DNA of 60,483 nucleotides, counting the filler, from Candidatus Woesearchaeota archaeon (GTDB lineage Archaea > Nanobdellota > Nanobdellia > Woesearchaeales > CAZJJJ01): NCBI GenBank assembly GCA_046538795.1. It is 5 parts of 5 records of this genome, joined end to end, with 100 filler letters (N's around TTAATTAATTAA, not from the genome) between each part and the next. Parts side by side here need not be neighbours in the genome. Positions count along the whole stretch, not along the records: positions 1 to 23,037 come from JBKHIF010000016.1; 4 more parts are not named here. One strand, written 5' to 3'. The translations under genes were made by a program, and so were the position numbers. Shown here in pieces: positions 1 through 8,360 of this stretch. The stretch's first letter is position 1. Every line of letters begins with the position of its first letter. The notes under the pieces were generated by a model. The model was not told the DNA's origin and did no database searches. It saw nothing but the letters and a program-made list of their open reading frames with translations.

Positions 1-1
1 C

Positions 2-199
2 AATGGAATCACAGGACAGAAAGTACCAAATCTTCCAGGTGTATTTTATAATGCACATATAACATATGATGGTCCTGCGGACGGTTGTGAACCACTAACA
101 CCTGTTCCTGAGTTTGGAACTATCGGTGCTGGTCTTTCGCTTTTGGGTTCAGCTGGTCTTTACATAAAGAATAAGAGGGCGCTTAAGATAAGAAAATGA
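2..199 (+). CDS. 3' end of a surface protein with a PEF/PEFG-CTERM sorting signal (5'-truncated by the window; absent from the ORF track)
   Basis: The frame from position 2 is open and reads ...GCEPLTPVPEFGTIGAGLSLLGSAGLYIKNKRALKIRK*. Its TGA at 197-199 overlaps the next ATG (ATGA coupling). Confidence 0.85.
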   Translation, partial: NGITGQKVPNLPGVFYNAHITYDGPADGCEPLTPVPEFGTIGAGLSLLGSAGLYIKNKRALKIRK

Positions 200-945
200 G
201 AACACTAAATTTTTTCTTTTTATTTATAGTATTTCTTTCAACTTTTAGCATAGTTTCAGCAGATAGCTGCGTTTTTACAAAGAATGCTGTGTCTTGCTGC
301 TGGAATATGGATGACCTTGACTGGAATTCTTCTCTGAAATCAGCTGAAGATATTAATTCTGATATATGCAGTTTTGTAGGTTCAGATCTTTCATTAGATC
401 ATGAATTTGAAGATTCTTGCCCTTCAGATATGGCTTCTGTTGATGATTGCAGTTTTGAGATAAATATACCTGAAGATGACGACGATGATGAAGAGTCAAC
501 ACCAACTCCATCTCCAAGTAGAGGCGGAGGAGGCGGTTCAAGAATCCCATGCACTTATGAAACTGTTTGCGGAGAATATGGTGAATGCATCGATGGTATC
601 ATGACAAGAGATTGCCAGGAGATCAGAAAGTGCGGTTCACTTGTCGAAGAGAAGGTAACTGATGAGTTTACTGAATCTGAAGCATGCGAAGTTGAAGAAA
701 GCGTTGAAGATACTGTAGTTGTTGAAGCATCAACAGATGATTCTGAAGACGAGGAAGAGATTCCAGTTGAGGAAGAAGAACAGCCTGAAGAGGAGACAGA
801 TGAGAATCTTCTTACAGGACAGGCAGTAACTGAGACAGAAGGCGAAGGAAACAACAGTCTTTGGCTGGGTATCATACTCGCACTTGCAATTGTTGCAGGA
901 ATTGTTCTTTTCGCAGTATCAAGACAGAAAAAAAATTCTTTTTAG
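196..945 (+). CDS. Secreted, C-terminally membrane-anchored acidic Cys-rich surface protein
   Basis: N-terminal signal peptide, Cys-rich and D/E-rich segments, a GGGGG linker, and a C-terminal TM helix followed by RQKK. Confidence 0.8.
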   Translation: MRTLNFFFLFIVFLSTFSIVSADSCVFTKNAVSCCWNMDDLDWNSSLKSAEDINSDICSFVGSDLSLDHEFEDSCPSDMASVDDCSFEINIPEDDDDDEESTPTPSPSRGGGGGSRIPCTYETVCGEYGECIDGIMTRDCQEIRKCGSLVEEKVTDEFTESEACEVEESVEDTVVVEASTDDSEDEEEIPVEEEEQPEEETDENLLTGQAVTETEGEGNNSLWLGIILALAIVAGIVLFAVSRQKKNSF

Positions 946-1013
946 ATCATTTTTGATCTTTTTCTTTTGATTGTATAACATTGCTTTTACTAAATAGTAT
1001 TAATTATTAATTC

Positions 1014-1778
1014 TTAAATAAAATTCATAACTAAAACAATGATTCCTAATGCTAAACAATAATATGAGAAATAGTGGAACTTGTCTTTTTGTATCAATCT
1101 TAAGAGCCATTTGAGGGATATATAGCCGACAATTATTGAAGTGAGTGTTCCAGCTATTATAGGAACTATTGGGACTGTTCTTAGTTCAGAAAGCTCGAAA
1201 ATTGATGCTCCAAGAACAGCCGGTATCAGAAGAAGAAAAGAATATCTTGCAAGATCTTTTCTTTTTGCGCCTAAAATCAGCCCTGTGGAAATAGTGCTTC
1301 CTGATCTTGATACTCCAGGAAATATGGCAATACTTTGAGCAATTCCTATGACAAAAGCATTCTTTAGGTTTAGATCTTTTTTTTCCTTGCCGAATTTTGA
1401 GAGGAATAAAAGCAGTGATGTAAACAAAAGACCAAGACCCACAACAAGGGTTCCTTCAAACATGCTCTTGAAAAAATCTCTTAAAAATATCCCGGCAATA
1501 GCAGTCGGTATGGAGCCGATCATAAGAAATACAAGCAGTCTTGTGTTCTTGTCCCATTTCCAGGCAAATAAAGATCTTAGTATTGCAATAAGATCATCCT
1601 TATAGATTAAAAGTATGACAATAAGCGTTCCTAAATGAAGCATCACGTCAAATGCAACAGGAACATCTATATTCATGAAGTGCTGGAAAAGCACAAGATG
1701 CCCTGAACTTGATATGGGAAGCCATTCTGTTATGCCTTGTATTATCCCAAGTATGACTGCCTGGATTATATTTATCAT
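1014..1778 (-). CDS. uppP: Undecaprenyl/polyprenyl-diphosphate phosphatase (BacA/UppP)
   Basis: Signature motifs QGITEWLPISSSGH, HLGT and PGVSRSGST in a polytopic membrane protein. Confidence 0.95.
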   Translation of the reverse strand: MINIIQAVILGIIQGITEWLPISSSGHLVLFQHFMNIDVPVAFDVMLHLGTLIVILLIYKDDLIAILRSLFAWKWDKNTRLLVFLMIGSIPTAIAGIFLRDFFKSMFEGTLVVGLGLLFTSLLLFLSKFGKEKKDLNLKNAFVIGIAQSIAIFPGVSRSGSTISTGLILGAKRKDLARYSFLLLIPAVLGASIFELSELRTVPIVPIIAGTLTSIIVGYISLKWLLRLIQKDKFHYFSYYCLALGIIVLVMNFI

Positions 1779-1831
1779 TGTTTCATGTAAATAACATAAC
1801 CTTTTTAAAATGATTGTTGTTTTTAAAGGAG

Positions 1832-2224
1832 ATGTTGCTATGGTTTTTGTTCAAGCAGGAAATATTGCAGTGGATTGTCGCAATAATAGTTAATCTTGCA
1901 GTTTTTTATAAGCGAAAGGATAATTACTGGATTTTTAATTTTACACCATCTATTTTAGGAGCGTTTCTTCCTGATGCACCTTATGCTTTTTCACTTTTCC
2001 TGGAGATTGTTTTTGACATAAATCTTCATTCAAATTTTTTGCATCGGCTATTTGATACCATACTTGTATCCTGGCTTTTCATTCCATTGATACTCGGTTT
2101 AGTATATGTATTGAGCAAAGTGTTTGATGTCAAGAGAAAAAAAGACTGGGTTACTTATGTCATACTCGTAAGTCTTATAGCAATGGTTATACACATCTAT
2201 ATAATGGATCCTTTGGGTTTCTGA
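1832..2224 (+). CDS. Small membrane protein, possibly YdjM-like membrane-bound metal-dependent hydrolase
   Basis: Several TM helices with LGAFLPD, LHR and a terminal HIYIMD, reminiscent of YdjM. Start placed at ATG 1832 (uncertain). Confidence 0.5.
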   Translation: MLLWFLFKQEILQWIVAIIVNLAVFYKRKDNYWIFNFTPSILGAFLPDAPYAFSLFLEIVFDINLHSNFLHRLFDTILVSWLFIPLILGLVYVLSKVFDVKRKKDWVTYVILVSLIAMVIHIYIMDPLGF

Positions 2225-2232
2225 GCGTAATA

Positions 2233-2240
2233 TTTATATA
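2233..2240 (+). promoter_or_regulatory. Archaeal TATA box upstream of the PEFG-tailed gene
   Basis: TTTATATA about 45 nt upstream of ATG 2285; SD-like GAGGTTGA at 2273-2280. Confidence 0.55.
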
Positions 2241-2284
2241 TTCATTGTAATTACTGGCCAATACTAACTAATGAGGTTGATCAG

Positions 2285-2788
2285 ATGAAAATAAAAAATC
2301 TATTTTTGTTCTTTGTTCTTGCACTTGTTATGTCTTCATCTGCTTTTGCTATATCAAGAGATGATTTTGATAAAAATATTGATATGAATGAAGTAAATAC
2401 ATTTGTTACAAGACAGATGGGAAGATGCAACTTTTGCAAAAGCACATTTGTGTTTGCAAAAGTCTATAATATAGAGGATGACATGAACGTGAAATTCTAT
2501 TGCGATGGCGAACTTGTCCTTGAAGACGATGTTGAGGAAACAAACTATTACTTCAATATACATGACAAGCTTCCTTCATATTGCGATGGCAAAGTTACAG
2601 CAGAGCTTTATATCGGCGAGTACAAGATCGAGGATCCTGTAAAGGTCGTAAAGAAAAAGTTCTGGTTTTATGACAAGTACTACTTCAAGTTCAACGGAAC
2701 AACAGAAGTTCCTGAGTTCGGAACAATAGGAGCAGCTGTAGCAGTTCTTGGAGCAGTAGTAGTTGTTGGTGTCTCAAGAAAGAGATGA
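2285..2788 (+). CDS. Secreted protein with PEF/PEFG-CTERM sorting signal
   Basis: Signal peptide (MKIKNLFLFFVLALVMSSSAFA) and C-terminal VPEFGTIGAAVAVLGAVVVVGVSRKR (motif + TM + basic tail). T-rich terminator-like tract follows. Confidence 0.85.
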   Translation: MKIKNLFLFFVLALVMSSSAFAISRDDFDKNIDMNEVNTFVTRQMGRCNFCKSTFVFAKVYNIEDDMNVKFYCDGELVLEDDVEETNYYFNIHDKLPSYCDGKVTAELYIGEYKIEDPVKVVKKKFWFYDKYYFKFNGTTEVPEFGTIGAAVAVLGAVVVVGVSRKR

Positions 2789-2894
2789 TCTTTCTTTTTT
2801 TGTTTTTTTCTTTTTATCTTGATTTCTGTTTGTCTGTTTATATTGCTTGATTGTTTTGAGATCAATTAGCTGTTTCTCTTTTTCAGAAAAAATA

Positions 2895-5800
2895 TCACTT
2901 CATGTGCTTATTTACTGTATTTTTTTTCCATCCTGCATCAAGAAGCTTTGATTTGATAAGTGAGTCGTCTTCTCCTTTTTTTCTCATTTTAGTTATGTAT
3001 GAATCAAGTTCAGGATATTTGTCAGGGCCTGGTATCTTTCCTGAAAACATGAAGAATCCTCCTGTTATCATTGCAGTTATTATGCTGATACCAATTATTA
3101 TAGGAAGGAATCTTGTTGCATAAAGTACCTGCGTTGAGCACTCTGCTTCCTGAAACCTGTCATTGCAGCAGTAGCCTGATTCTCTTGGAATGCCTTCACA
3201 AGTGCATGTTTTAGTTATGTTTCCTGTGACGCATTTTCCAAGGCATGTTTCATCTGTGTAGCCGTCGCAGTCATTGTCAATGTTGTCTCCGCAGATTTCT
3301 TTTTCCGGATAGATTGCATCCTGACAATCGCTCCATGTTCCGTCTATGCATTCTCTTGTTCCTTTTTGGCATGCTCCTTTTTCTGTGATGGGTCCGCATG
3401 CTCCTATGTTTCCTGTGATGCAGCTGCAATCTTCATCTATTATTCCATCGCAGTCGTTGTCTTTATTGTCGCATATTTCTTCTTTTGGTCTTGGAGATAT
3501 GCATTCGCTCCATGCTCCATCTATGCAATGTTCATAAGCAGGAGTGCATTCTGATTCGCAAGGACGTTGTTCTCCTTCTGTGCATTCATCACTTGATGCG
3601 AGAAATGATGTTGTTCCTCCTGATTTGCCGCCTGAACTTGAGCCTGAACCTGAAGGGGCTGATTGGGTTTCTTCTTTAGGCTCAACACAACTATAGCCGT
3701 CTTGTATAAAATTTTCAGGGCAGCCGCAAATGTCTGCTCGCTTTATCAATTGCTCGTTTTCGCAGTAATATGGCCTGCTTTCTGAACATTGTGATTCTAA
3801 AGTGTCATCTGAACATGCAGATACTATCTCGTATGTTGAGAAACCTGTTATGTTGAATTTTAAGGTTTTGTCAAGGTGGCTTATTATGTGGCAGTCTATG
3901 CATGGTTCATTGTTTTTTAAGATGATAGGATTTATATCTGTTATATTTTTCATCTCGATCTCTGCAGGAGCGTCAAGTTCAGGAAGTTCTGTAGAATTTA
4001 TGGTTATTTTTCTTTTTTCTATAGATACATGAGGGGGCTGAAGAGATATGGCTCTTGAAATTGTTATATTTTTCTTGTATCTTATTATTGCAGTATCTGT
4101 TTTTTCTATCTCAATCTCTGAACCAGAATCAAGATTATTGCTGTTCTTTATCGTATATGTGTTTGATGTAACTCTTGATTCTGGTGGATCGCATTCTTCT
4201 TTGTCATCTATTTTTGAATCGCAGTTATCATCGATCCCATTGCAGATTTCTTCTGCAAGAGGGTTTATATTTCTGTCATTGTCATCGCAGTCAAGATTGT
4301 TTTCTACATAGTTCCAGTGCCCTTCGCATGATAGCACCCAGTCTATAGATGTTCCATACCCATCCTGGTCGCTGTCCAGATAGAATGCTTTTTTCTGGCA
4401 AGGCTCAACACAGGTTGTTCCTTCAGGAACAAGATTTCCTGAGCATCCGCATACGTCTGCTCTTTGCATGAGTCTTTCATCTTCACAGTAAAAGGGTCTT
4501 GTATCTGAACAATAACCCTGCATTGTGCCATCAGAGCATCCGGGTACAATCTCATAGGTAGAAAATCCTGTTATGTTGAATACCAGGGTATCGCCTGTAT
4601 GGTTTATCACAGAGCAATCTTCACAGGTCTTGTTGTCTTTTAGTATTATAGGATATCTGTAAGTAATATTGTGCATCTCGATTACAGCAGCCTTGTCAAG
4701 CTCAGGAATTTCATCAGTATCTATTATTATCTTGTTGTTTTCGATAACAACATAAGGGGGATCAATCGATATGCTTCTGTCAATAGTTACGTCTTCTGTA
4801 TAGCATATCCTTGCAACACTTTCTTTTTCAATCTCAATCTTTGCTCCTTTTTCGCAGTTTTCATGATTGTTTAATATGAAATAGTTTGATAATAGAGTTG
4901 TTTCTGGTTCGCATTCAGGATTTTCATCTATCTGGAGATTGCAGTTGTCATCGATCCCGTTGCATCTTTCAGCAGCCCGCGGGTTTATTGAAGGATCATT
5001 GTCGTTGCAGTCAAGTGAGTTATTTACATAATTCCAGGGAGGGTTGCATGTTATTATCATATCATCAGGAGTGCCAAAAGAATCCATGTCAGAATCAAGA
5101 TAATATGCTGATTCAGAGCATAAGTATGTTTCAGGATCTGTCATGACTATAAGTCCATTTTCAGAGCTTCTTGTGTTTCCTCCTTTTTCTATGGTTATTA
5201 TGTTTCCGTCAATCTCTATATTATGATTGGTATTGGGCTTTAGACCTGCAATTATTACTGTTTCTTTTATGTCATCAAGCTCTATTGCTCCTGTTGTATC
5301 AAGATGCCTGGTGAATATTACGTTCATGTTGTTGATTGTCACTCCCTCAAGAGATGCAGATTTTGAGTATGTTTTTTCATCAGGCTGTTCATTTTCTACA
5401 ATATCGATTGCCATGAACATGTTGTCGTAATTATTGTCGTTTTCTGGCTGAATTTCTATTCTCCAGTTTCCTGCTTCAGGCATGACCTCTCCATCAACAG
5501 GATAATTAACGCCGTTAACTGAATATTCGTTTTCTGGTCCTCCTATCTTTAGAATATTTGTATTTTCTGTAAGTATATCAACATATAGTTTTGATGGTTC
5601 ATTTGTAATTGTTATCCTGTTTTCATTGATTTCAGGCTCGTTTATCATATGAAGGAGAAATGACTTTTGATAATCAGGATTGGTTGTGTTCACCCTGTCG
5701 TATGAAAGCAGTATTGCATGGTCTGATTCATATCTTAAGAGGATCATGTCTCTTGTGAAGACATTAAGCTTGTGGTCTGAATATGCTTTTTTGGCATCTC

Positions 5801-8159
5801 CCTGTACATAGGTAAAGGCATCATGTTCTTCAAATCGAGTTATGCCGTCAAGAGAATTATCTCCTCCTGGCATGATATCTGAAAGCTCAGGCGGATATTT
5901 TTCAAATGATTTTTGTCCTCCGTCATTAATATAGCCGTTGAAATCCTCATCTGGATCATATACTAAAAGAGAATTGTGTGCAACAGTTCTTGAATAATAT
6001 GATCTCCAGTGATCAGAGCCGTATCCTGGAGGCTGGTAATTTCCTGAGTCTATGAGAAGAGGAGCTTTGTAGTAAATTGCAAATGAGTTTTGGTCCCTGT
6101 GCTGATGATTTCCTACAAAGAACTGTGATGACCGAAATGTTACATGGACAAGATCATTGTAGTTCCAGGAATTTCTTAAGAATGCAAAACCAGATCTTGG
6201 AAATACTTCTGACACTGGAAGGGTAAATGGCGCTTTTGTATCTGGTTCAGGGTTTTCATTGAATGAAAAATATGCAAGAGGATCTTTTGCAATTGCCTGA
6301 TCATTGTAGAGTCTTTGGACTTCTGTTTGGTTTAGTTCAGAATCAAATAAGGTTAATTCATCTATCTGGCCGTTGAAATTATATCCTAATGTTGCTTCCT
6401 GTTCTTCAGGGACCCAGCCAGAATCTATATCATCGTCTCCTGCTTTTATGCCGTTTACGTAAACTGCAAGCGTGTCTGTATCTGTATTATATGTTATTGC
6501 AAAATGGTTCCAGTTGTTGTCGTTTATGTATTCAGGCTGTATGCCTGTGAGCGCTGCATAGTTTCCTGTCTCTCCATCCTGGGCTGCAAGCTGTATGTAG
6601 TCTGATGAAGTAAGCCTCATGAAGATGTGGTCTCTTTCCATCTCCCACTTATCAAATATCTGGTTGTTTGCAGCTTGTGTGAAAAAGCTTGCTTTTGCCC
6701 AAAACGATATTGTTCCTTGTTCCTGAGGGAAGTTATTGTTATTTAGTCCAGGTATGTTTATCCTGTTATAGTTTCCGCTGAACCTGTAATGTCCTGCTTT
6801 CTGTCCTCCGCTTGCTTCCCATGTTGTATCTATAGGTTCTGCTATGATTTCTTCATAGAGATCTTCTTTCACATAATTGTCTTTATAGCTCCCTATAAGA
6901 TCCCAGAAATCTCTTTGATCATATTTTGCAAGGTTTTGGTCAAACCAGGCAATTATTGGATTGTCATAATTTCTGATGGCCCATGATAATACCTGATGGT
7001 TTTCTCCCATCTCTCCCCAGACATCTCCTGACAGCGGATAGTTCCAGCTTTCTGAGAGTGAGTGCCTGTAGCCGTAGATATAGAAATATATTCTTTTTTC
7101 AAGCCAGTCTTCAGTCCAGGTCTCTTCGTTTGTTGCAGTATCCCAAACCATCCTTGGATAAGGTTCTGTGTATGCATCCCCATAATGGAATCCGAAATAG
7201 TGCCCTCCATCTGCTGATGCGTAGTTGACTGTGTCAAGATAACCGCCTTCTTTTGTCCAATGGCCAATGTTTTCTTCGAGTCTTGTATTAAGCATTCCGC
7301 TTTCTTCTGAACTTTTAGTATCTCCATATATTGCAAGCATTCCCAAAAGCGTCCTGAAATGAACGCTTCTCGAGTGTCCTGCTGTAGTGTAGTAGTTGGT
7401 TATGAAAGGTCTTATATTATCTCCTTCAAGCTGTGCTATTATCTCTTTTCTTATGTTGCTTCTAAGATCTTCGTCAAGCTCATGGTACAGATAATCATAG
7501 ATATATCCTAAGGCTTCTATCTTGCTTCCCTGATTGTAGTCTGTTCCGTAGTTTATATCAAGTTTCATAAGCTCTTGCGCAAAGAGTTTTGCAGAATCGA
7601 TGTATTTTGACTCGTTTGTGATAAGTCCTGCTAATGCAATGTATTGAGGATAGACTGCATATCTTAGATCATAGGTATTTACAAGATTTGATATTTCTGT
7701 ATTTGTGTCGTAGTTTGAGACATAAGAATCTGCTTTTGAAAGAAGATTATTTACTATCTGTGAATTTTCAAGTTTCCTGAATCTTTCTATATCTTCAGGG
7801 GTGAAGAAAATCCGCGGATGTGTTTTTTTGATATCTATCACGCAGTCAGATGCGCATGATGATTTTCCTTCTCCAAGATTAAGTTCACATATGTTATTAT
7901 TATTGCAGGAATCTGCTGCTCCTGCGATGATGGAAAGATAATTACCTGTGATCCTGTTTGTGTCAGTCAGCCCTGATTCAATGTAATCAGATGCGTAAAA
8001 GACATTCATAGCCAAAAAAAATACAATGTTGACCCATATGAAAATAGCAGTAAAACTGCTTTTATCACTTCTTTTTTTCACAGATACAGTGGTTCTTTTT
8101 TCATATAAAAAACTGATGATTTCTTGCATTTTTTGTATTTCTAGACTTTTTTTGAGCAT
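2895..8159 (-). CDS. Giant membrane-anchored heparinase II (PL21)-like polysaccharide lyase with inserted LamG domain and MopE-like Cys-rich repeats
   Basis: HPRIFFT start of the alpha/alpha toroid; AGH, GFHY and GNHQHRDQNSFAIYYKAPLLIDSG...RTVAHNSLLVYDP...NDGGQ motifs; LamG segment (GTISFW, WNHFAITY, FNGQIDEL); repeated CNGIDDNC motifs; N- and C-terminal TM helices. The true start may be slightly downstream. Confidence 0.85.
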   Translation of the reverse strand: MLKKSLEIQKMQEIISFLYEKRTTVSVKKRSDKSSFTAIFIWVNIVFFLAMNVFYASDYIESGLTDTNRITGNYLSIIAGAADSCNNNNICELNLGEGKSSCASDCVIDIKKTHPRIFFTPEDIERFRKLENSQIVNNLLSKADSYVSNYDTNTEISNLVNTYDLRYAVYPQYIALAGLITNESKYIDSAKLFAQELMKLDINYGTDYNQGSKIEALGYIYDYLYHELDEDLRSNIRKEIIAQLEGDNIRPFITNYYTTAGHSRSVHFRTLLGMLAIYGDTKSSEESGMLNTRLEENIGHWTKEGGYLDTVNYASADGGHYFGFHYGDAYTEPYPRMVWDTATNEETWTEDWLEKRIYFYIYGYRHSLSESWNYPLSGDVWGEMGENHQVLSWAIRNYDNPIIAWFDQNLAKYDQRDFWDLIGSYKDNYVKEDLYEEIIAEPIDTTWEASGGQKAGHYRFSGNYNRINIPGLNNNNFPQEQGTISFWAKASFFTQAANNQIFDKWEMERDHIFMRLTSSDYIQLAAQDGETGNYAALTGIQPEYINDNNWNHFAITYNTDTDTLAVYVNGIKAGDDDIDSGWVPEEQEATLGYNFNGQIDELTLFDSELNQTEVQRLYNDQAIAKDPLAYFSFNENPEPDTKAPFTLPVSEVFPRSGFAFLRNSWNYNDLVHVTFRSSQFFVGNHQHRDQNSFAIYYKAPLLIDSGNYQPPGYGSDHWRSYYSRTVAHNSLLVYDPDEDFNGYINDGGQKSFEKYPPELSDIMPGGDNSLDGITRFEEHDAFTYVQGDAKKAYSDHKLNVFTRDMILLRYESDHAILLSYDRVNTTNPDYQKSFLLHMINEPEINENRITITNEPSKLYVDILTENTNILKIGGPENEYSVNGVNYPVDGEVMPEAGNWRIEIQPENDNNYDNMFMAIDIVENEQPDEKTYSKSASLEGVTINNMNVIFTRHLDTTGAIELDDIKETVIIAGLKPNTNHNIEIDGNIITIEKGGNTRSSENGLIVMTDPETYLCSESAYYLDSDMDSFGTPDDMIITCNPPWNYVNNSLDCNDNDPSINPRAAERCNGIDDNCNLQIDENPECEPETTLLSNYFILNNHENCEKGAKIEIEKESVARICYTEDVTIDRSISIDPPYVVIENNKIIIDTDEIPELDKAAVIEMHNITYRYPIILKDNKTCEDCSVINHTGDTLVFNITGFSTYEIVPGCSDGTMQGYCSDTRPFYCEDERLMQRADVCGCSGNLVPEGTTCVEPCQKKAFYLDSDQDGYGTSIDWVLSCEGHWNYVENNLDCDDNDRNINPLAEEICNGIDDNCDSKIDDKEECDPPESRVTSNTYTIKNSNNLDSGSEIEIEKTDTAIIRYKKNITISRAISLQPPHVSIEKRKITINSTELPELDAPAEIEMKNITDINPIILKNNEPCIDCHIISHLDKTLKFNITGFSTYEIVSACSDDTLESQCSESRPYYCENEQLIKRADICGCPENFIQDGYSCVEPKEETQSAPSGSGSSSGGKSGGTTSFLASSDECTEGEQRPCESECTPAYEHCIDGAWSECISPRPKEEICDNKDNDCDGIIDEDCSCITGNIGACGPITEKGACQKGTRECIDGTWSDCQDAIYPEKEICGDNIDNDCDGYTDETCLGKCVTGNITKTCTCEGIPRESGYCCNDRFQEAECSTQVLYATRFLPIIIGISIITAMITGGFFMFSGKIPGPDKYPELDSYITKMRKKGEDDSLIKSKLLDAGWKKNTVNKHMK
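3680..5120 (-). repeat. Intragenic tandem duplication, two copies of about 240 aa, in the lyase stalk
   Basis: AYYLDSD (5100) and AFYLDSD (4380) lie 720 bp apart. Both units contain WNYVxNxLDC, CNGIDDNC, PPxVxIE, FNITGFSTYEIV and CSDxT...RADxCGC. Confidence 0.9.
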
Positions 8160-8360
8160 GAAAATCTACAAAGCAACTAACAAGAATCAATGCTTTAACA
8201 TTTTGATATATTTTGGAAGTTTGTTTTTTTCCTGCATTGGTTTTTTAGGAAAAAAATGTCCTGGTGATCAACCAAAATAGTCCCTGGATTTGTTGGCAAA
8301 AAAAGCCCTTTTCTTCCTGTTTTGCTTTTGCGTTTCCTGATTTTTTGAGATTAGGTTTTT

